A stretch of 64,000 bases of DNA, from contig OZ316896.1 of the NCBI GenBank assembly GCA_973895155.1, positions 15,500,576 through 15,564,575 on the forward strand. The letters are read 5' to 3'. The notes under the pieces are model-generated. The model was not told the DNA's origin. It saw only the letters and a program-made list of their open reading frames with translations, and made no database searches. Below are positions 50,201 to 62,254 of the stretch, in pieces. The DNA comes from Marsupella aquatica. Taxonomy: Eukaryota > Plantae > Marchantiophyta. The position numbers and the translations under genes were made by a program. Position 1 is the first letter of the stretch; each line of letters starts with the position of its first letter.

Positions 50201-51775
50201 GCGTTGCTCAGCAATTGTGTGCAGGACATTGTGATTGGTCCCCGAATTGGTCGTGGCAGACGGGAGTTGAACTTTATACAACTTGCTGTAAGGATCGCGA
50301 GTCCCCTTTAGCCTAACTTTATGCGGGCATAGTCTGTCTAGAACATAACAATTTGAGGAGTTGAAGATGACATAATGGCCTTGGTCAGTGAGTTTACCAA
50401 TTGAGAGAAGGTTTCGGGTAATACTCGGCACGTACAAAACATCAGAAATAGCTTTATTGCCTGAAATCGGGATACATCTGGACCCAGAGATTGGCATCTT
50501 AGATCCGCTGGCGCTCAGCACATTGGAAGTAGACGGGCTATCACTAAGTGTAGTGAAGTTACTCTTGTCGCGGCTAATGTGAGTGGAGGCTCCACTATCC
50601 AGAATCCAAGTGTTACTTTCGGGACGACCGCTATCAAACTCACTCAACATTGCCTCGACAGTGAGTGCAGACTGATGTTCACCAGGGGCACAGTTCTTCT
50701 AAATGTCGTTGTCTCCACAGTCGCCATGAGTAGCAAGGTAAGCCTTAGGTCCGAGACCTTTGATGTCCTTGATACTCTGGGTCAGCTCCCGCATCTGGGT
50801 GGGGGACATCGACTTCATTTCGTCATGGGCTTGCTTCTCAAAGCAGTCGGGTTCCCAGTGTCCCTTCTTCCCGCAGTAGTTGCATGTTGTATCTCGCTTG
50901 TCATAGAACACCCTTGGTGCAGCATGCCTGGGTGCCCACCGATTGGATCTGCCATGGCCACGACCACGTCCACCTCGGTTGTAGTCAGGACGCTGCTCAT
51001 TGTGATATGGCTGCTGAGATTCGTTGTAATGTCGATGATCATTGGAGGCCGCTAGTAGAGAGTGTTCTCCACCTTCAAAATGGGGCTTCCGACGAAACTC
51101 TTCAGCCTGCAAGTACTCTTCAAGATCTGCAAACGTAGCAGCTTTGTCTTTCGAGTACATGACTCCATAAACAGACTTAAAGGACGTCTAGCTCTCGGGA
51201 AGATTACGAAGAACTATCTGTATGAGTTCCTTCTCAGGAATCTCTTCATCGATGGACGCGAGCTCCATGACGTGATGGTCAACTTTCTTGAGGTAGTCCT
51301 CAATGGATGCACCTTCATGCATACGTAGCTCTATAAGCAAAGACTTAAGGTCTAGCTTACGTTGAAGCGCAGAGGACTCGTACTTCTGCTTGAGTGTAAC
51401 CCAAAGCTTGGCTGGGTCACTGCGTAGTCTGCTAATAATAGGAAATATAGAAGCAGTGGAGGTCTTGGTAAATATTATAATTACCCTCTCCTTGTCCCTC
51501 TGGACATTCGATTGAACTGAGGTAGTCGTGAGTCCGGTAGTAGCTGCGCTGCTGGTGGCTCCAGTGGTGCTGTCTCCTGATGCAGTAGGTTCCGAGGTGG
51601 GAGAGAGTGCTTTTGATCCATCGTCGATAGGCTGTGCCTGGGGGTCGACGATGTACCAGAGCCCTTTCTCCCTCAGGATCTGCTCAATGTGAAAGGCCCA
51701 GATAATGTAATTCAGGGCACCAACTAACTTGTCGCTATCAGAGAAAGAGATCTTGGTGGCATCAGACGACGACAT
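47298..51775 (-). pseudogene. copia gag-pol polyprotein, disrupted
   Basis: Gag KLVGALNYIIWAF and zinc knuckle CNYCGKKGHWEPDC. Protease WILDSGAS; WHQRLGH...CETC. Integrase HTDLCGP, RSDRGGEY, NGVAERKNRTL. RT MDVVTAFLN, SIYGLKQSPRAW, FVDDLL. RNase H YTDADWG, EAEY, CDNMSAI. In-frame stops at 51188, 50699 and 49094; frameshifts near 48407 and 47841. Confidence 0.95.
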
Positions 51776-51814
51776 CGTGGGATCCTTGATAGGAAGCGTC
51801 TCAGGAATCTGGTA

Positions 51815-51826
51815 GCTCTGATACCA
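51815..51826 (-). promoter_or_regulatory. Primer-binding site (tRNA-iMet)
   Basis: GCTCTGATACCA on the plus strand immediately inside the 5' LTR. Confidence 0.93.
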
Positions 51827-52167
51827 TGAAGGAATTTCTGAGAATGCTTGATTAGTCCTCGGAAGCGAGGTGGATTATATACAGTATTAATGTCAGACCG
51901 TTGAGAGCCAGAAAGAGTAAGAGCCATGGATTAAGATCCACCAGAAGTGACGAACAGAGGCGATGAGCGGCAGCGGAGGTAGAGTATCCTAAGTGGGTTT
52001 TGTCCCAAGCGACTAATGGCCAACAATAATTAGGTAACTGGACTAATACTAAATGACTAACCGTAAGCAAATTAATTACAGTGTGGCGACGGCTCTACTA
52101 AATGGTTGAGGCAGTTGGCATGATGGTGGGAGAATCCTGAGACAGCGCAAGTCTCAGATTTCCAACA
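51827..52167 (-). repeat. 5' LTR of the copia element
   Basis: Matches 46868-47208 except for 4 transitions. Confidence 0.95.
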
Positions 52168-55129
52168 TTGTGTCAGTTTGGATCACGTCTCCGGAGCTAT
52201 GGGGTCCACCGGAGCGGCCACAATTCAGGTGCAGTAGCCAGTGGTAGCACAGACCTTTTTACAGGGGGGTTCCAGTAGTGTAGTTTTGTGGGAGAATCGC
52301 TGCCACACTCTGTAGAAGAAAAGTTGCATTGATCCAAGAGAATTGCATCAGTCTGTCAAAGAACCAATTGGTGGAATTCAAGGATTGCAGCTCGTGCCCA
52401 CTCGTGACATCATCACAGAACACGTGTGATCTGTCAAACGCTCCATGGAATTTCTGGAGAAGCACGGAGGCTGAGTAGAGGGTTTAAGATATCTGCTGAC
52501 GGGATGGATCCATCAATCAAGACATCCGTCCATTGTTGTTCCATGCTTTGGAGAATTGCTCAGATTGCTTGGTCTTGGACAGAGCGACAAAAAGTTCAGG
52601 AAGCTCGACTTTTGAGTGAATACCATTGGAAACTGGGGTGGCGACAATAGTTACGTCGATCATTAGGGACGTTTCAATTCAATGGTCATGCAGGGACTGC
52701 TCACACTTGAAAGTGGTAGATATGCATTGGTGCATAAAATAGTGTAGGTGAGAGATTTTTTTGTCATATTTTGCAAAAGCTTTTTCAGAAGAAGAGCGTA
52801 TCCTCCCCACACTGTAACAATCAACTAAGGTAACTAACTACAGTACTGTTAGTTGGACATCTCAAATCATTGACAATGTTTCCATCTAGACATCCAACCC
52901 AAGTATCAAATAGAGCTGAAAAATGGTTATCAACGTGACTTCACACCGGCTACCTAATTATGGACAGATTCCTGGCAATTGATTATATTGTACAGTGTGT
53001 TGTCTTCCTCTTTGGGGAACACTGGGGTCGTCTGCCTATGCAGATAAAGTTCATGACTCTATTATACATATCAACTTTTCAACGTAATAGTTAGCTTTGG
53101 TGACTACAGATGTGCTTGCAAAAGGTGTAGCCATCCGGGACCCTCGACTGACGATGAGTTCTAAAGGCCTGGGCATGAGCACCGAGTTGGCCTGATCACA
53201 ATAAACTAAGTCACTTCACTTACAGACGTCTTACTAGAAAATTATGAGCATAGCCAATTAGTGACATGCCCATTCGATCGAGGTTTGGAGTCCAGGTTGG
53301 GGGCCAAATATAGTGTACCAAAGTTGGTCTTGGGGTGATAGATCTCCAAAAACATATACGAGAGGAGTGGTGTTTTCCTAGGACCCAAGTCGTGAAGTGT
53401 GACAGACGCACTATTAAGAGAAGATATCAAGCAAAATTGATGATAACTACTCAACGAGAAGTCTGTTGGAAGACTTCTTGGATGTGTTGAAACACTCTCA
53501 AAGAAGGACTACTCCTCATGAGCTCAGTTGGGTCTGGGGATGTCTTTGGTTCTTAAAGTTCGCGGGGGTTATCTTGCATGCTTCCCAAATCCTACCAAAA
53601 TAGCAGTCAAGCTGCGTTCAGTTTCCCACAGGAGATTGCGTCGGGGAGCAATGTAGAGTAGGCATGGGTGTTGAGGAGCTAGAACTCATCATATGCAGAA
53701 TTACAATTGTCTCTTTGAAAATATATCTCAAACTGCCAAAGAACAAAACTCCAAGCTGGGAGACAAGATCCCAAAGGCCAAATACCTAATAAATTGGGGA
53801 AAGAGGAAAAGAAAGAGACCCCAAGAAGACCAAAGCGACCCAACCAAAGTCACCACCAATGCTAAAAGAACAAAAAGCCCACAAAAGAAAAGAGAAGGCA
53901 AAAACCCTGTTTGGCGAAGCAGGATTAAGAACAACCACACTCAATGTGTGGGGTTTACGTCGCACTACATTAGGGCAACAGTGGTACCTTTGACACCCTA
54001 GTAGTCCATAATGTACAGGTTGGCTCCTATTCCTTTATGGGATATTATAGTCAACCATACGCAGGTCAACCATATACAGGAGAGTGAGTGGCAGGCCTTA
54101 GCATTATGTTAAGTTTGTCAAACCTGATAGACATATTTTACTGTGCATACTGATAGCTAGAGTAATGTATACCCAGCTACCACGCTTGCAAAAACAACCC
54201 ACTAGCAAAAACAACCAACTAGCTGACTTTTAATCTTACTAAATACTCTATCCAAATGGTGGGTCATCCGTTTACAAAATCCATTTTGGAGGGAACATTC
54301 TATGACCATTGGATTTATAAGCTCTTTTATCCTAGCCTTTCATTAGTCAAAAAACAATCTCCCTAACCTAAAGGAAACAAGACAAATTATCTTGGTATAC
54401 ACAAAGATTCTGTAATAGGGGCATGATGACATAGTCTCTCATGAGTGGCCCATATGTTGCCATTGGGATAGGGGCACTTGGGACACCCTTATGAGGGGAT
54501 AGGACTAGGAGACATAAAATTCAAAGTAGAGAGGGGAATCAATGATGCATACATGGGTGAAGGGATGAATAGTACCCTGCGGGTAATCAATATAGAGTGT
54601 GCACTCATTGATTTAAAGAGCATAATAAGGTTTAACACGGTATGGAGGGATATCATACACGGCATATTTCATTTCATATTTGGATGTGCACTGAATGGGA
54701 CCCATGAAAGTATCACACCCTTCCATAAGTACAAAATTGGTGGATGAGACAAAGTGGAGCAAAGGAAGGTGAAAGTAGAGAAAATAATAATAAAGCAATA
54801 AGAGGGACAAGGAAGGAAAAAAGAGACACCTTTGTCTTTCATTGACTTTTTTTTGTTTTGGGTGGGGGAAAAGAAGGGAGAGGCAACCCAAGAGAAAGGG
54901 GGAGAGGAGGCCAGGAGGAGGAGGGGGGATGTTACCCTCCACCTAGGGTTGTGTGTGAATGTGCTTGCTTCTATTGGCATGACCTATCTTCCTGATCACT
55001 TTTGTAACAACATCTTTTTGACATGAACATCCTTTATGCAATGTACAAGTATTGAACATGACCACAACAACTCTATAGTCAGGATTACAGATAAGATGTT
55101 TTAATAAAGACATAGCAAAACCTATATTT

Positions 55130-55650
55130 TCTTGCCTCGCTTTGATATTTTTTCTTCACCTTGATATCTTTATCTCATCATGACATCCTTTCTCTCCTCA
55201 ACATCTTTTCATAACCTCAACATTGTTTTCTTGCCTTGACATCCTTTAATCAGCTTGACATCTTTTCCTCAGCTCGACATCTTTTCTCCCCTCCATATCT
55301 TCTCTCTGCTCGACTTCTTTTGCACTCCTCAACATCATTTTCTCTCATTGACAATTTTTCTCACCTTGACATTTGATCTTTTTCTCATCTTGCTATCTGT
55401 TTTTCACCTTGACATTTTTATCTCATCACAACATCTTTTTCTCTCCTCAATATCTTTTCTCAACTCGACATGTTTTCTCTCCTCGACATATGTTTTCACT
55501 TCGATATCTTTTATCTCTCCTTGACATTTTTTTTTCTCACCTGGATTTCTTTATCTCACCTCAATATCTCTCCTTGACATCTTTTTTCCTCACCTGGATT
55601 TCTTTTTCTCACCTCAATATCTTTTTGTGCAACGCACAACATGAGGCTAG
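55130..55650 (+). mobile_element. Non-autonomous Helitron 3' portion with subterminal minisatellite
   Basis: GACATCTTTTCTC-type repeats end in TTTTTGTGCAACGCACAACATGAGGCTAG|T (CTAG at 55647-55650). A more degenerate end-like motif lies at ~55030-55060. The 5' boundary is not defined. Confidence 0.68.
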
Positions 55651-56311
55651 TGACATGTATCATATTGGAAAGACATCCTTCTGGCCTTATTCTTGTTTTC
55701 TCTTCATTAGGTCTCTTGTCTCCCGGTTCAACTCCCTGCTTTTTTGGAGTTTGATATATATTTGAAAAGAGGTGCTTATGCGCGAATGGACCAAAAAGTG
55801 AATAGAAACCGAGAGCACCTTAACTTACTGTAGTCCGACAAGTGACCACAGTCGCGGTTTCGCCCGGAGTAAAGTCCTTCGCGCCTTCAATGGCGGGGTC
55901 AGGTTTCAAACTTTGAATCTCGTTTTCTCGCTCTTCTCCCGTAGAACCGCACTCGAAGTCCCTCTCCATCCACTGCTAGACTCACGATGCATTCTCGTTG
56001 CGGGTTGTTCAGTAGGGATGAGGAATCCTCTTGAAGATGTTCTCAGGTAGCTCCGATCACAGGTCGAGACAGAGAGAGATAACGAGCGAGAGACGAACTC
56101 GATCCAGCTCTACGTAATGAAGAGAAGCTCAGTGATGCTCGCTTCCAGACAGAGAGGGACCGAGGAATTCGACGAGGCTGGAACATTTTGGAGCACAGTC
56201 GGTTGACGGTTGGAGGTTTATGTTGAGTCCACCTCATTGATTGGCTTCCTTCAGAGACTCTCTCAGAATTACAGCTTCTCTCTTCTTGCGGATTGCTGAT
56301 TATCGTGACTC

Positions 56312-59127
56312 ATGGAGACAACGTCTGAGGAGAGCCCTATGACCTACAAGCGGCGCCGCTCCGGAAGGCCTCTCTCCGAGCTGCCGTGGAATGCCTCGGA
56401 CGTGGATCTTGATCCGGAGCCGGCCGTGTCCCTATTCTCATTCGATGACGAAGGGTATGTCCTGCCTTCTTGTGGTAGTTTGAACGGATTGAATTGAAGC
56501 TTCCGCGCAGTTACGTGCTCGCTAGGTTATAGACTTTAGTTGTGCAGCTCAATTCTCTATTTTGTGATTGTATAAATGGTTAGGAAGCCCATCAGACGAC
56601 ATGTAAACTCTCTGGCCTTTTGTTGTTGAACAGGGTTGAAAATGTCACTCCCGCGAGCAGAAGTCGAAAGAGGTTGTCCGATCAACCCCTTACTAGAAGG
56701 TTTGTCGAATTTCGGACTCACGCATTACCTGACTAGCACCAGCTGCACCCGAAGTTTTAAATGCCCCGTCACATGCAATACCATACAAAATGCTTTTTGG
56801 TTATAAAAGAAGAGACTATTTGGAAGGCCTTGGAATGTCGAGACCGCACAGTAGAAGATTGCCGGGTTCAGGGATGTCTGACGGTTTGACGCCATTTGAT
56901 GAGTGGTCAAAGCATTCTCAAGGTTACTCTTTGGCTTAGTGTCTAGGACTGGAGAACCAGAAAGGTAGAGACTTTGGCCAACTCAATTTTTCTTACTTGC
57001 CTGGCCTTGTTGCTACATATTATTACTTGCACCAAGAATGTTGTTGGAACAGGAAATGGCTGGTCTTTTGATATTTGTTTAGACATGTTCTGAAGCTATC
57101 TTCTCGTTTCTGTCGGAAGTTTTACTACCCTTCCTGAGCAGTAAGCAACAAGGTTTGGACGCCGTAATAGCACGTTTGAGTGTGAGCAATTTCTACTATC
57201 TGATCCGTCCGTAGATATTATTGTTTGAGTCAAAATTTCACTTCATGTTCCTCGTCCTTGGCGTTGTCGAATAGGAAGCCATCGACTCTTCAGCTCCAGT
57301 GTATCCGTTCATTTTGCACCAGCAGGAATGTTTTTCAATTCCTTCGTGAGAAAATATACTCCTTGTTCACTCTCCCACTCACCAATTCCTTGTTGCAGAC
57401 TAACGCGAAGCTGTACAACTCCAGTGGGAGAGTCTAATAATCTCAAGGACACGGCAGTCAAAGTCACTGGAACAGCGATAGGCAAGAAAGGGAAGGACAA
57501 AGAGAAGGAGAAAGGGAAGGTTGTGGAAAGAACTCCTGCCAAGGACAAAGAGCAGGAGAAAGGTAAGGTTGTGGAAAGAACTCCTGCCAAGGACAACGAG
57601 CAGGAGAAAGGGAAGGTTGTGGAAAGAACTCCTGCCGAGGACAAAGAGAATGTCAAAGGGAAGGACAAAGAGAAGGAGAAAGGGACGGTTGTCGAAAGAA
57701 CTCCTGCCAAGGACAAAGAGAATGTCAAAGGGACAGCTATCGAAAGAACTCCTAGGAAGGAGAAAGGGACGGTTATCGAAAGAACTCCTGCCAAGGACGA
57801 AGAGAATGTCAAAGGGAAAGCTATCGAAAGAACTCCTAGGAAGGACAAAGGAAAGAGTGTTGACAGAACTCCTACCCCTCGTAAGCAGGCGAGCAATGAG
57901 TCACCTGTGGTATGTTTCTATTGAATGATATCTGAATGATTTACTCAAATTATTTCACTTCCAACGTGATTAATTTGTCACTGAGCAACAGTGCCAATGG
58001 ACTCCGTAGAAGAAATACCTGTAGGATCGGTCTCATGGGAATAGAAACTATCAACACAAATATATCTGTGGCACAAGAAGGGATCCTTTATCAAGAAGTG
58101 ACTGTAAATAGATAATTATGCCGCTTTTGTTCTCACTGTACGACATTGATGTATCCATTGCAGAAGTGTTCTTGATCCATGAAATGTCCAGTACGGACTC
58201 GCAGACCGTGTTCGTTTCTCTCAATTCTAGACTCGTATTCTCATTTTTCTAGGCTTAGCTTTGTCGATAGGTAATGAATTTCCATGACACAGTAGCAAAT
58301 TTGTCTAACTCTGGTGGCGTTTGCAGGGAAGTGGACCCGGATTGTGGCAATCTCCCATTGAGTTTGTGATGGAGAAGCGGGCCATGTTCAAAGAAATCGA
58401 TGAATTTGAGCTGGAGTCTGAAGAGGAGGAACCCGAGGAACAGAAAAGTAAGCCATCCACTTACTCCGATGCGTGGTCTGCCCATTCGCGTGTGCAGCTC
58501 CAACCGCATCTGAGATTTGCTTTAAGCCGGTAGTCCGCGAGGGATGCCCGTAATTAAACTCTTCTTGGTTCTTTTAGTTACTGTCATCTACTTTGTGCTA
58601 CTGCGATCGAAAAATTCATAGGTCACTTGCACCACCGTCAATTGCTCTCGAAGCTCTGATTCTGGCGATACACAATTGTTTGTACTGCGTTTATTTGAAG
58701 CTTACAAATTGGATCTGGCGATGGGAATGCTGTAGTAAATTCCGTTGTCAGATTTACTTTAGTATTGGAATTCTGAACTAAAGTTCGTGTAATTTATCAA
58801 TGATCTCCAGATACCGGGATACAGATGCTGAGTGACAGCTCTGGGGAAACCATATCACTAGATTCCAGCAAAGGAGAGACATCAGTCGAACCGCCTAACA
58901 CGAGGCCGGAAAAAGGTGCCCAGGATGCGATTAGCACTGAGGAACTTAGAGGAGAGACCTCTGCTCAGCCAGCTAACACGAGGCCGGAACAAAGTACCCA
59001 CGAGGTGGCAACCGCTGAGACAGTTAGCAGAGGAGAGAGGCCAGTCCAGACACCTACCACGGGGCTGGGCCAAATTACCGAGGAGGTAACAATCACTGTG
59101 GAAGTTGGAGAGAAAGACGGTGGATAG
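56312..59127 (+). CDS. Putative Sororin-like cohesin regulator with tandem CDK-site repeats (5 exons)
   Basis: GT-AG exons 56312-56454, 56634-56699, 57399-57909, 58327-58447 and 58811-59127 splice in frame. Motifs: TYKRRR (YSR-like), LFSFDDE (FGF-like), repeated ERTP(A/R)K, and EFVMEKRAMFKEIDEFELESEE (resembles the Sororin C-terminal motif also seen in the plant Haspin N-terminus). The gene structure is well supported; the product is inferred. Confidence 0.65.
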
Positions 59128-62113
59128 CAGGTCTTCGTCCTTCCGAAAGGGCACGCAGATGGCCTGGACATAGTCGATCATACTTTCAGCGATAAAGATA
59201 TAGCATTGCAGGCATCCATCTTTATGAAATATTCCAACTCTTTTTTATCAATGATAGGCTCCCCGAATTTACAGTCCAAGGTCTCCTATCTAGCCTCTAA
59301 ATGAAGATGCAGGACTTTGTATAGTGAACCATTCTCCTTGTCATGTAGATATTCGTCTTCATACCACTGTCAGCATGACTGACTGTTGAGGCAGGCACTG
59401 GGATTCCATTTTTCTAGCATTCATTTTGCGCGGGCAAAGTACAACCATACAACTGTGGCTGCTTGCGATGAACCACGGCGATGAACCACGGCGATGAACC
59501 ACGGGCCTGATTGCACGAATCCTAGCTTCCGATACCTGTCACAGCGACTTCATCATTGTTCCGACAACTCTACTTGACGCTCCTTTTATGAGCTTCAACA
59601 CTGGTGAGATTCTCACCTTCAACCAGCATTCATGTTTGGCCGTTGTCTGAATGCTATCAAGTGCTGGGTGGAATCAACACGGACGCCTGAGCGAGCCTTT
59701 TGATCAGTGATGAAACTGTCTGCAGTTACCGTCATGGCCGATCATTCTATCTGGCAACTTATAGTGATCGAGCAACAGCACCTGGTTCACTTCTGAGCAT
59801 ACATGCTAGCAGGTGGCAAGTGATTTTGTTATCACTTGGAGAATGTTAGATACAATTACAATAGCTAATACACATGACCCTGTTTGATGTCCGACTTAGT
59901 AAATTCTATCCCTTATCGTCTTAAACTTCAGACTTGCCAATTATCACAGAATGCCCTTCCGAAGCTGGGTGAAAAGTGGTGACTGCAATGCGGTACTTTG
60001 GCTAGTTTGGCGATGCTGTTACTTTAAAACCACCAATTAGAAACTGAACAGCTTACTCATATATAGACAGACATACCTCACTATGTCTCTTCTTTTTGTA
60101 ACTAAGCCTTCCGAACAAGTAGTAAGCCAAACAATTGATAGTCGGTCTCATTTTGGAAAGAGCTACTTTGCTTTTCGATTTTGTCTGGGACTAATTGTAT
60201 AAACACCATATCCAAAATGGTTTTTGTTGTTTTTTTTCCGTAAGCGGGAGCATTAGTATTGTTGGGACCCTGTAAAGTTGTGCTGTTTCTTTCTACTTTG
60301 GGCTTTTCTGATGTCAATTCAAAGTTGTTCAGTCACCTTTAGGCGCACACGACTACATTTGCGAAGAAGGTTCACACCCAGACAAAGGAACAACAAGACA
60401 AGGTGAGAAAATCCCAAGGCAATAAGAGCAAGTCACTTTCCTCTTTTGCTCCGTGGAACAGCAATTGGTCAAGAAGGCCAATGATCAGGGTCAAGACATC
60501 CCAAGATATCCAAACCTAGGATTAAAAAAAACCAAGAGAGCACCAAGAAATCCAAAGCCACGGTAGGCAAAAGATTCTCTTCAGGAAATTGCTAATAGCG
60601 CGGAGACAACAGGGACGACTTTTAGTTTTAAGATGTCAGGGTTTCAATAGAAAAAAATATACATTGTGACAAGAGGGTAGCAAGAGAATTATTTGCGTGG
60701 GGCCTGGTGGTCACCTTAGGTGGCTTGTGACTTCTGGTCTCAACTTGAATCCCCATCACTGCTCTTCTTGCGATGGGTTGAGCTCTAGCTTATTCATCAC
60801 TTTACAAATGGGTTTATAAACCAACTTGGGGTAGGATCCAGTTTTTTATCACACCAAGGCACTTGTGATAGTTGTAAGAATCTATTCCCAACATCTAGAT
60901 AACTACAAAACTGAAAGTAAAATGCATACCAAAAACATGGATGAGGACAACTATGAAAGGGAAACAACATAGACTCCTTTGCAAGATTTTTGTGGTCTTA
61001 TTGGCGTTCAGCCATGTGATGGGGGCCCAAAAAAAGCCCCCAAGATACTTTTGTCAAAAAGACTGCAATACAGCTTCCCTTGTTCTAAAGAGACCAATAC
61101 AAAATCCAATGTATTGTATGATGTATATAGTTATTCAGGCAAGATCATGATGGCTTACGTAGGCAGAGGAAGAGATGAGGGGAACATTTAATGATTTGTT
61201 TTTTGTGTTTACTTCATTCTTTTGTTCTTTGGCCAGTTCTTGTCGCTACGGCGCTTGGGAGAGGTGTGTTCTGGTCTTTTGGGTCTGTTTTCTCTGTGCC
61301 TCACTGCAGGGTTGTCAAGTTCATTGGCACACTGTACAGTGGCCGTTTACTTTAAAAAATTAATTCAATAACAGGAAAAGCAAAACATGTCATCCTGGAT
61401 ATCAAGATCCCATAGATAGACCCAGTGAAAGAGAGAAAACAAAGGAAAAACCCAGACAGACCAGAAAACCTAAAGCCCTAAGGTTCAGTGAACTACAAAA
61501 GAACTAAAGCAGTGTTCTACCTGAAAAGCCTTTTTGCAAGAGACAATTATGTTCCTCCACAAGGTGAGTTTCCAGCTCCAAGCAGTAATTCCATGGGTCC
61601 CAGTTCCAAGCTAGTTCCACCACTATCCACTTCTCATCACTTCAGGTCGACAGGATGTCAATCTCAGAATGTTTGTGACTCTACTCTTCCTATCATAAGT
61701 AAAAGAAAAGGGAAAACCCATAATGAAATCAAAAGTTGGGGCAAGGTAGCCCATCTGAATGTTTCAAAGAATGAAACCCCTCCCAGGCACATAGCTCATT
61801 TTGCCACACCTACTACTGTATGTAGTGGAATTCGAGCTACGTTTTGAAATGAGCCATTTCACAATTCCATGAAAGAATCTAAGGAGTTCAGTTTTGCGCA
61901 CTACATTCATCTGTCCCTCATGTACGGGTTTGATCTTGATTTGGAACTCATCTTCCTCCCAACGTGAGATTGCCCCAATGCATCGCTCTGCCTCCATGCA
62001 GGGAGAACGTCCAGCAGTCTAAGCTAACACTGCCAACTCTCAAACGGCTTTAGGTCAAGATATTCCAAGCTTACTAGCGTTGTTGTAAGAGGGAGGGAAC
62101 TATAATAATGCTC

Positions 62114-62254
62114 TACATTCTCCAATGTAGTTCTAATCTTCTTCTTTTTGCCTTGAAACAGAAAGTTGACCCATCCAAGAGAGATAAATACATTCTCCAC
62201 TGTAGTTATAATTTTCTTCTTTTTGCCTTGAGACAGAAAGTTGACCCATCCAAG
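62114..62254. repeat. ~75-bp tandem duplication, with further short duplications at 62380-62435 and 62465-62615
   Basis: TACATTCTCCA(A/C)TGTAGTT...CAGAAAGTTGACCCATCCAAGA starts at 62114 and 62189. Confidence 0.8.

Larger units (their letters stand above)
46868..52167 (-). mobile_element. Full-length Ty1/copia LTR retrotransposon (5.3 kb), degenerate
   Basis: 341-bp TG...CA LTRs with 4 mismatches. tRNA-iMet PBS TGGTATCAGAGC and PPT AAGAGGGGG at ~47209-47217. Domain order gag-PR-IN-RT-RH. Confidence 0.96.

Noticed and set aside
57309-57896. 195-aa hydrophobic repeat ORF on the minus strand
   Set aside because: It is the antisense shadow of the K/E-rich repeat exon, and the splice signals support the plus strand.
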